Source of the DNA: the human T2T-CHM13v2.0 reference genome, Homo sapiens
Direction: 5' to 3' (one strand)
DNA: 64,000 nt
NCBI RefSeq assembly: GCF_009914755.1
Contig: NC_060928.1
The position numbers and the translations under genes are program-made. Under the pieces are notes generated by a model. The model had not been told where the DNA came from. It did no database searches and was given only the letters and a program-made list of their open reading frames with translations. Within the stretch, counting starts at the first letter, position 1. Each line of letters opens with the position of its first letter. Positions 55,935-64,000 of the stretch are shown one piece after another.

Positions 55935-56565
55935 AAAACAGACCAATATCCTTGCCTACTAGCAAGGGGAAAAAGAAAAAAAAGCGTAATAAATAAGTGA
56001 AGTATATTGCGGGTTCTAAGATGATCAATACTTCAGATAAAATAGAGCAGAGTACCAGAGGTGCGAGTAGTGGAGAGTGCACACGTGACAACTTTAAATA
56101 GGGGCATGGGTCAGGTTAGATATCACTGTGAAGGTGAAATTTCAGCAAAGGCTAAAAGAGTGCAAACAAGTTCGGCAGGGGGATAGCTGGGGAAGAGCAT
56201 TTTAGGAAGAGGAAGTAGCCGTTAGGAAGAGGAAGTAGCCGTTAGGAAGAGGAAATAGCCATTAGGAAGAGGAAATAGCCATTAGGAAGAGGAAATAGCC
56301 ATACAAAACTCTAAGGGAGGAGCATGCATGGTGGGTTCCAGGACAGCAAATGACTCAGCAGTCTTGAGTGTGCTGAAAAGAGCTAGAGCCAGGGACAAAG
56401 GAATGACAGGGATGTGGGGTCACGGGCGGGGAGAGGAGGAGGTCCCAGAGGCCCTGGCCAGCCCCTTTTGGGAACAGCTTTTGCACTGTGTGAAATGGGA
56501 AGTTACTACAGTTTTTGAGCAGAAATATTAACACATCAGATTAATACTTTAAAAGGACTGATTTT
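55935..56565 (-). mobile_element. L2 fragment
   Basis: TCACTGTGAAGGTGAAATTTCAGCAAAGGC; GGGGAAGAGCATTTTAGGAAGAGG; GTGTGAAATGGGAAGTTACTACAGTTTTTGAGCAGA. Confidence 0.75.
56202..56301. repeat. Minisatellite, 20 bp x 5, inside L2
   Basis: TTAGGAAGAGGAA(G/A)TAGCC(G/A) in tandem. Confidence 0.95.
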
Positions 56566-56737
56566 TTTAAGAGACTGAGTTATTCTGTTAAGCAGCTCAA
56601 TGAAAATTATAAATGATGCTTTGGAAGGAATAAGTGGCCACTAGAACAATAACATTTAAAGAAGCAAAAACATGATAGCTTAAAAGTGAGAGACAAGAGA
56701 GAATATTACATAAAAAGGTATAAACAAACAACACTAA

Positions 56738-57457
56738 TGAAACTACCTTTGCAAAAATTATAACTGAGCCAATTATGACAGAGAAAGAGATCTGAGCTAA
56801 CTGAGTCCATCTTGCTTCTGTCCTACAAGCTGTCCTCGTTCATTCCAGAGTGTAGGCTGAACTAACTTTGGGAAGAACTTAATTTATGGCTTAGCTTCTA
56901 AACAAAGATGATAACAGCGCTTTCCCAAAACAAACCCTCCTCCTGCCTGGGGACTAGACTGCCTTTGCGAGACTAACAAATTAGTCATAAGATTAGAAAT
57001 TATGGTCATGCACTGGAGGTTGCAAGATTCTAAACCTCCCCAAATTGCTCCTGGGGATAACATCATTATTGTAAAACCTAAGATCAGTGCTTGAGATATT
57101 TTGCAGACCCTGCACTGGATGGATCAGCTGGCACCACCCAGATCATAAACTGACTGGTCTGCTCTGTGCCCCGCCCCCCATGCCAGTAGCTGAGTCAGCC
57201 AAGAGAACAGCTTTGACTTCCTATGATTTCATCTCTGTCCCACCAGAATTCCTGATCCACAGGCCCCTTAACCAGCAAATTATCCTTAAAAACTCCAGTC
57301 CCTAATTATTTGGGAGACTGATTTGAGTAATAATAAAGCTCCAGTCTCCTGCACAGCCTACTCTGCATGAATAACTCTTTCTCTATAGCAGTCAACCTAT
57401 CTTGATAAATTGGCTTTGTCCAGGCAATGGGTAAAGTGAACCAGTTGGGTGGTTACA
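56738..57457 (+). mobile_element. LTR8-like solo LTR (ERV1)
   Basis: TGAAACTACCTTTGCAAAAATTATAAC...TCCATCTTGCTTCT...GGGAGACTGATTTGAGTAATAATAAA...GTGAACCAGTTGGGTGGTTACA. Confidence 0.88.
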
Positions 57458-57894
57458 CAGATACCCAGGAAAATAGTTTTAAATTATTCAACAGCTACCA
57501 AAATAGAACAAAAAAATTTAGTTTTATACTGTAGGGTAAAATAATTTTATATACTTACCTGATCCCAAAGCATGGCTATATTTTAGTAGATTACATTAAT
57601 TAAGACATGATAAATGACCGGGAGGTATTACAACATTTTATAGTTATCAGATCCCCTTTTTGATAAAGAGAAGGAATGAACTGTGAGTCATTTTTAAAGT
57701 TTTTTTCACAAACTTATTAAAAGAGAAAGTCTTTTAACACCTAAATGGGTAAGTTTTTGTTTTCTTAAAATTTTATTTTGTGGAAAAATGAAACCTCTGG
57801 CAGCAAAAAATAAATAAACTGTTACCATATCACTAGATGTTGGGTGGGTCTGCTCCACAGGAAGCTTGAAGAGGAAGAATAAAAACGGTGTAGA

Positions 57895-58186
57895 GGCCAG
57901 GCACAGTGGCTCACACCTGTAATCGCAGCACTCCAGCAGGCCAAGGTGGGCGGATCACTTGCGTATCGAAGTTCGAAACCAGCCTGGGCAACATGGTGGG
58001 ACCCCATCTCTGTAAAAAACACAAAAATTAGCCTGTGGTGGAGCGTGCCTGTAATCCCAGCTCCTTGGGAGGCTGAGGCAGGAGAATTGCTTGAGCCCGG
58101 GGGGTAGAGGTTGTAGTGAGTAGAGATAGTGTTACTGCCCTCCAGCCTGGGTGACAGAGGGAGACTTTGTCTTAAAACAAAAACAA
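57895..58186 (+). mobile_element. AluJ-like
   Basis: GGCCAGGCACAGTGGCTCAC...AGCCTGGGCAACATGG...; degenerate TSD ending TGTAGA. Confidence 0.93.
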
Positions 58187-60184
58187 GAATGTAGATTGGC
58201 TTATTTCTATTTCCATCCAAAAAAATGATTAGGTGGAAAGGGCTCTCTCCATATTCAAAGTATAGGGAGAGAAACGAGTAAGACAGAATGAATATTCCTG
58301 AATATGTTCGAAGAGAATTCCATCCCCTTTCAAGCATCCTCTGTCCTCTGAAGTGCAAATGTGGAGGATGTACAAAATCTATCAACAATTTCGTATTTTT
58401 TCAAAGTCCAAATTACTATTCTTAAGAATCTTGTGTCCTTAAATATTTTGTTTGGAAGTAGGTCCCACCTAGCACAAGCAATGACAATGTCTCTTTTAAC
58501 CTGGAGTCAAACTTCAGTAAATGCCAGCGAGGCTCTTAGAAGAAGCAATTCCATTTTGTGCACCTCTTTGTGTATTTTCCTTTAAATGCAGGGATTGCTT
58601 TGGAGGCTTGGCCACAAGCCACATTTGAAACGCTTGTGTTCAATCATTTTAGCTATTGGTTCACCCACTTTTTTTCATAATTCAAAATAACTGAAAGGAT
58701 TATTTTTCTTAGACCTTGTCAAAAGAAATATACCTTATCACTTAGATGAAGTATGGAAAAGTTGAATTTTAAAGTCAAAAGGGTTATAAATGTCAAAAGC
58801 CCTGAAAACATAGGAATATAAAGACAGCTTGAATCCACACTTTTCATTGCGTTTCCACTGTAAACGCTCCTTTCAACAGTCCATTTGTATTTCCTGGTCT
58901 TATTGTTATGTCCAAGCCTGTGCTGTTTGGACACATATTAAGAAGTCAATCCATATTTTTTTCTGAAAAAAAAATGTAGCATAAACTAAAGGAAAGTAGC
59001 AAAATAGTCTAAGGCAAGGGTAGAGTTTTAAAAAATCAGTCATCTTTTTTCCCTATGAGTGGACTGTCTATTCATGAAATAATTTACTCTTATTTCATAT
59101 ACACAAATTCTAATGGTATGGTGAAAATTGCTCTTGGAGACCATTCTCACTTCACTTGAAGGGCACTCATTGATATGTGGTAATAAGACAGCAAAGATAA
59201 ACGACCAAGTTTTAGCTATATCATTTGCAATTAAAGATTTACTCCCCTATCCAAATCGGTCGTAATGTACCATTGACAGACAGAAAGGACTCATCTCAAT
59301 ATGTCTCAATACCTCTCTCTCTCCGCAGATTCAGTCCCCAAAAATGTGTGGCCTCTTAATAAACGTAGATTCTGTCCTGCATAACAGCATCTGCAGTACA
59401 TCTGCTATGACTCTGAGGCAGTGACACTTGTGTTGCAGGTAATTTTAGCTTCTCTCATAGCAAATATAACATCAATTTTGCATTTTCCAAGGAAGACTGG
59501 AGTCCCAGTAGGTCCAATTAGGTGCACTCCCTTGTAGGAAAGTTTGCTATGTTCTCTCAATGCCTGCTCCTTCCCCACTATAAGGTAATTTCAAGGGATA
59601 CTGTGAGATGAACCATCCCATGGTAAAGGATGGGCTGGCCTTATGGATAGGCAAGTAGAAACGAAAATTATGTAGAGAAAGGAAAAAGAAGACCACCTAG
59701 TGCTTAAAGGTCACACCATGATCATATCATGCTATTTAAAACTCAAAATTTAATTCAGATGTCTTAAAGCTTCTACCTCAAAAGGGCCTATAAAAATCAG
59801 ATACCTCTGAGAGTGTTAGGAAAGTAAAGTTGGAATAAATTTATCTCAAATGATTCCTAGAAGAGTCTGCTGGAATAGAACAGACTGATTTACATCTTGA
59901 TAGGGCTGGGGAAAGTTACCTGTGATACTGCTATCTACCCACATGGGACCTTCAGGAGAAAGTGATGCTGGAAAGGACAGTGCAGAAGGAACAAAGGCAA
60001 ACTTCATCCACATCAGCATTTGCCTGAGTCCAAATGCTGGGTCAACAAAAGCAAGTCTGGTTCAATTCCAGCTATGAAGGGGACATTAACACCGTGCTGT
60101 GGGTCAAGAAAAAGACAGATTGTCTGCTACTAATAAATTCTCAAAACGCCATTTCCTGAGCCAAAACATTGCCAAAAATTATAT

Positions 60185-60500
60185 GTTCATTTACTCATGT
60201 ATTCAAATGTTAATATGCAGACCACGTCTGAAATTGTGGACAGCTCTTGAAAGGATAGACAGATGCACAGGACACAGCCTTTTTGCTCAAGGAACTCTCA
60301 TTCCAGTAGGAGAGATAAAGAAAAAAATTCGTAAGTAGAAGTAGAAGGGAATTGAAAGAGGCATAAAATGCTACGATAGGGCCTAATATGGAGAGAGAAT
60401 TTTTTACTAGAAGACTGAAACATTCTCATTGGAGAAGGTGGCCTTTGAAGTGGGCTGTGAAGGCAGACACTTTTCAGGAGCATGCTGGAGACAGCAATGC
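60185..60500 (-). mobile_element. L2 3' fragment
   Basis: TTCATTTACTCATGTATTCAAATG...GCTCAAGGAACTCTCATTCCAGTAGGAGAGA...TCATTGGAGAAGGTGGCCTTTGAAGTGGGC. Confidence 0.6.
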
Positions 60501-60739
60501 TCACTGCATATTGAATGAATAAATACATGAGTGACATCTAGTAGAAAGCTGATTGCACTAGCGTCAGTGAGGTGGAGCCCACTTCCAGATCTGCTACTTT
60601 CTCTTGGTCAAACCTTCTAAACTTTTGGACCTTTAGTTTCATCATTAGTAAGATATGAAGGTGAGACTAGTTGTCTTTAATTCTTTCTACCACGATAATT
60701 TTATGAAGGCATGGAGTCCGACTGACTTCTGTGGAACTC

Positions 60740-61285
60740 TGCAGTGGTTACTGGGGTTGCCTTACCAACCAGCATTCTCCTCTACTATTCTCCACTCCAT
60801 AATGTAGTAACTAGAAAGTTTGGGTGGGATTTGCTTCATCCTCAGATCCAAGGGTATTCCCTGCTTTCTGATTACACTTTTTTGTCATTAGGATTGTTTC
60901 ATCATTGTTCCATCTACCTCAGTCCTAAACCAATACCAGGCATTGCTATGGCCATAGATTAATTCAATCTGGACCTCTCCAGAGGGTCCAGTGAGAGCAA
61001 AACCAGGACATCTGTTCAACAGTGGAGGACAGTGCTCATGTTTCTCGCACTGGGTATGGAAAAGAAGCTGACAGCAATCATATGACCACAAGGAAAGCAT
61101 TTTGAAGCTAAAGAGGCCAGGCAATCGATGGAGACACAAAGAAATCCCCCAAAACATGGGAACAGAGATCCACTCGCACTTTGACTAAAGACCAGTCTAT
61201 CCTTGGATTTTCTCGTTTGTAAGCCAATAAACTCCATTCACTGTTTAAGACCTGTGAGTCTGATTTTCCCTATCTAACAACCACT
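60740..61285 (+). mobile_element. Old ERVL/MaLR LTR (LTR16- or MLT1K-like)
   Basis: GTTGCCTTACCAACCAGCATTCTCCTCT...AAGCCAATAAACTCCATTCACTGTTTAAGAC; family uncertain. Confidence 0.5.
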
Positions 61286-62395
61286 TTTCTAAACCACTAA
61301 GCCACTTTTAAACTTTTTCCAAAACAAAAAAAAAGTTTTTTTCTCAATCACTTTACTTAACAAACCAAGTACCAATCAGTACTAAACTATACTCAAAATA
61401 TCTATCCTCTCAATTTTGAAAGTGTGTAAAAACTTATCTGACAAAATTTCTAAGAAAAAGATGATGACTTCCCCACTCTGAAGTAGAAAACACAACTTTA
61501 TAAAGAGCTTTAAGAAGAGAAAATATATTGAAGAATGAAAAGTAAAACACCTTTTTTTCTGGAGGCTTCCCATTATTCTGGTTCAATTTTAGGATATTTT
61601 TGTTGTCAGCCTTGCTCCCATCTCTTTGAAACTTAAGTTCCAACTCTTCTGTCAGAGAGTGCAAATGTTTTCAGTGGTCAAAAAGAGAATAATCTCTGCA
61701 GGCATCTCTCCCACACCCTTATTTACACATGAGGCACCTGCAGCTCAAACTGGTCAACAGTCTTGCTTGGGATGGTGAGTGTGAGAGTGGGGTCAGGGTC
61801 TTGGGTGGACACCCTTCCAGTTCAGATCCTTGCTTCATGACAGCCGCGGAGTGCTCTGACACAGCTACAGTATCTGTTAGCCGTCAACACTGCCATCCAG
61901 GTATACACTCACCTGTGCCAACCACTTCTTTTATTTTTTTTTTTTCCTGTTCCATGGAGTCAGTTTTCCAACTCCCATTTTGCAGGTTAAAAAGAAGCAC
62001 TGAGAAACAAAGAACCCAAATTATTCTAACCAGCTTAATCCTCCACCCCTGGCTGATGCAGGACTACAGAGCTCCAGCCTACTGGCCAGGGGACTAATTC
62101 TCCCATCCATCCCATTAGCCCCACTCAGTGATAGCACACCTTAGACAAATGTTTTCCTGAAGTCTCTTGATAAACAAATCTGCTTTTACTCTTAAAATAA
62201 TAAAAGTATAGAATTTTGGACTTCAAAAGAGTCTTAACAATCATTTAATTGAGAACTTTTCCCAGTGAATTATAATGCCACCCTCCACCTGCTAGCCCTG
62301 TTCTCCGTTGAAGGGGACGGTGATGTCCATTCTATATAACAAATGTCTTGTCATTTTTGTGGGGCTAGGAACAGTGTCATTAAACTGGGCAATAA

Positions 62396-62832
<437 letters not shown>

Positions 62833-63464
62833 CTACTATAACATTTACTGACTACACATAAAAACCTATTTGAATGACACAAGAGAAACTGTTGTCTATA
62901 ACTGCACGCTGACATATGGTTACATACGCAATATTACTTATTTTGTCCAGTGCTAATTTTTAATGACAATGGAGTTTCTATAAAGTGTGCCAGGAGGAAG
63001 TTTCTTTGGTGTATATTAGTCTGTTATATTTATGCTTAGTTTGGCTGGTGAGTTTTCATTACACCCTACATCCCAGTACATGAAAAATGGAAGTTGTGTA
63101 GTTTGAGCTTTCGGCTGACCAGTCATTTTCCTGTAACCTGAAGTAAGTACTAGTTATTGTAAGCTCTGAGATGGAAATAGTCGGCTGTGCACAACTCACA
63201 TGATATTATGAGATATCTGTAGAGTTTTGAGAAGTAAGTTACACATTTGATGGACCTATCGTAACCATGTTGGCACCTACGATGAGAGAAAAGAGACTTT
63301 TTGTTTGTTTAGTTATCTATTCCAACTGTGATTATTTATGGATAGTGGCTAATTGTTTTAGAACGTATTGAAGAGCATACTTGCCTATTAGAAATAAGTT
63401 GAAACAGACTTGGTTGCTCCAATTTACTATAAACTAGGAGGTAGAATGATGTATTGGAAAGAGA

Positions 63465-63690
63465 ATGGTCTTTAGCCATAGGAAGACTTGGGTTCAAATC
63501 TTAAGTTATAATGTTTATTTTACTGATGTTCTGGGCAAGTCACTGAACTATTCTGGCCCTGTGTTTCCTCTCCCAAGGAATGGGAATAATAGCATCTGCT
63601 CCTAAAAATGTTATTTTGGGAATTAGAATTAATATATGTAAGTTAAAGTAAGGAGAGTTAACAAATCTTTAAGTATTAGATGCTTGGGAG
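63465..63690 (+). mobile_element. MIR
   Basis: AGACTTGGGTTCAAATCT...CTGGGCAAGTCACTGAACTATTCTGGCCCTGTGTTTCCTC...ATGGGAATAATA. Confidence 0.8.
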
Positions 63691-64000
63691 TGATAAATAA
63701 CACTTATTCCATTCACAAAGAGAGTTTAATGAACCACTGCAACTCAAACTACTCAAATCTTTAAAAGTCCTATCTGTTTTTATCAGCACTTATAGAAACA
63801 GATTCACTTTCACTTTTGCCATAAGGTTAATTATGAAAAATATATCTGTGTATGTCACCTGCCTCAGTAATTAAATAGAACTAACAGAAACAAATCAAAT
63901 TATTTAGTGGCAAAAATAAGTCAGCACTTAGCATTTATTCAACGTCATATGCTACCATTGCCACAGTTATGTGGTCTCTATGGCATTTCACTTTCCCAGT

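Noticed and set aside
57822-58388. 188-aa minus-strand ORF and other Alu-spanning ORFs
   Set aside because: Typical antisense-Alu translations ([14 protein letters not shown]).

Overview
Primate, very probably human, non-coding genomic DNA (intronic or intergenic). It is AT-rich and dense in interspersed repeats. I find no credible protein-coding gene, RNA gene or CRISPR-like system. The window holds 17 Alus and a long, internally deleted minus-strand L1PA with nested Alu and LTR9 insertions. It also holds further L1 (L1PB, L1M), L2 and MIR pieces, solo LTRs (THE1A, MER67-like, MLT1, MER66-like, LTR9, MST, LTR8) and DNA-transposon fossils (MER47A, Charlie1, MER1B, Tigger1, MER2, MER30). The most striking property is the number of minisatellites: 23 bp x ~278 (6.4 kb), 84/86 bp x 5, 30 bp x 5, 54 bp x 24, 61 bp x 11 and 20 bp x 5. 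Several arose inside or at the edge of transposable elements. The 6.4-kb array splits a MER67-like LTR and carries a GC-box in almost every unit. The 54-bp array multiplies CRE, E-box and MCAT-like motifs and is an open frame on both strands. Repeat family names come from my recollection of consensus sequences, not from a search. I see no evidence strong enough to claim a new biological system. The best leads are VNTR-built regulatory arrays.
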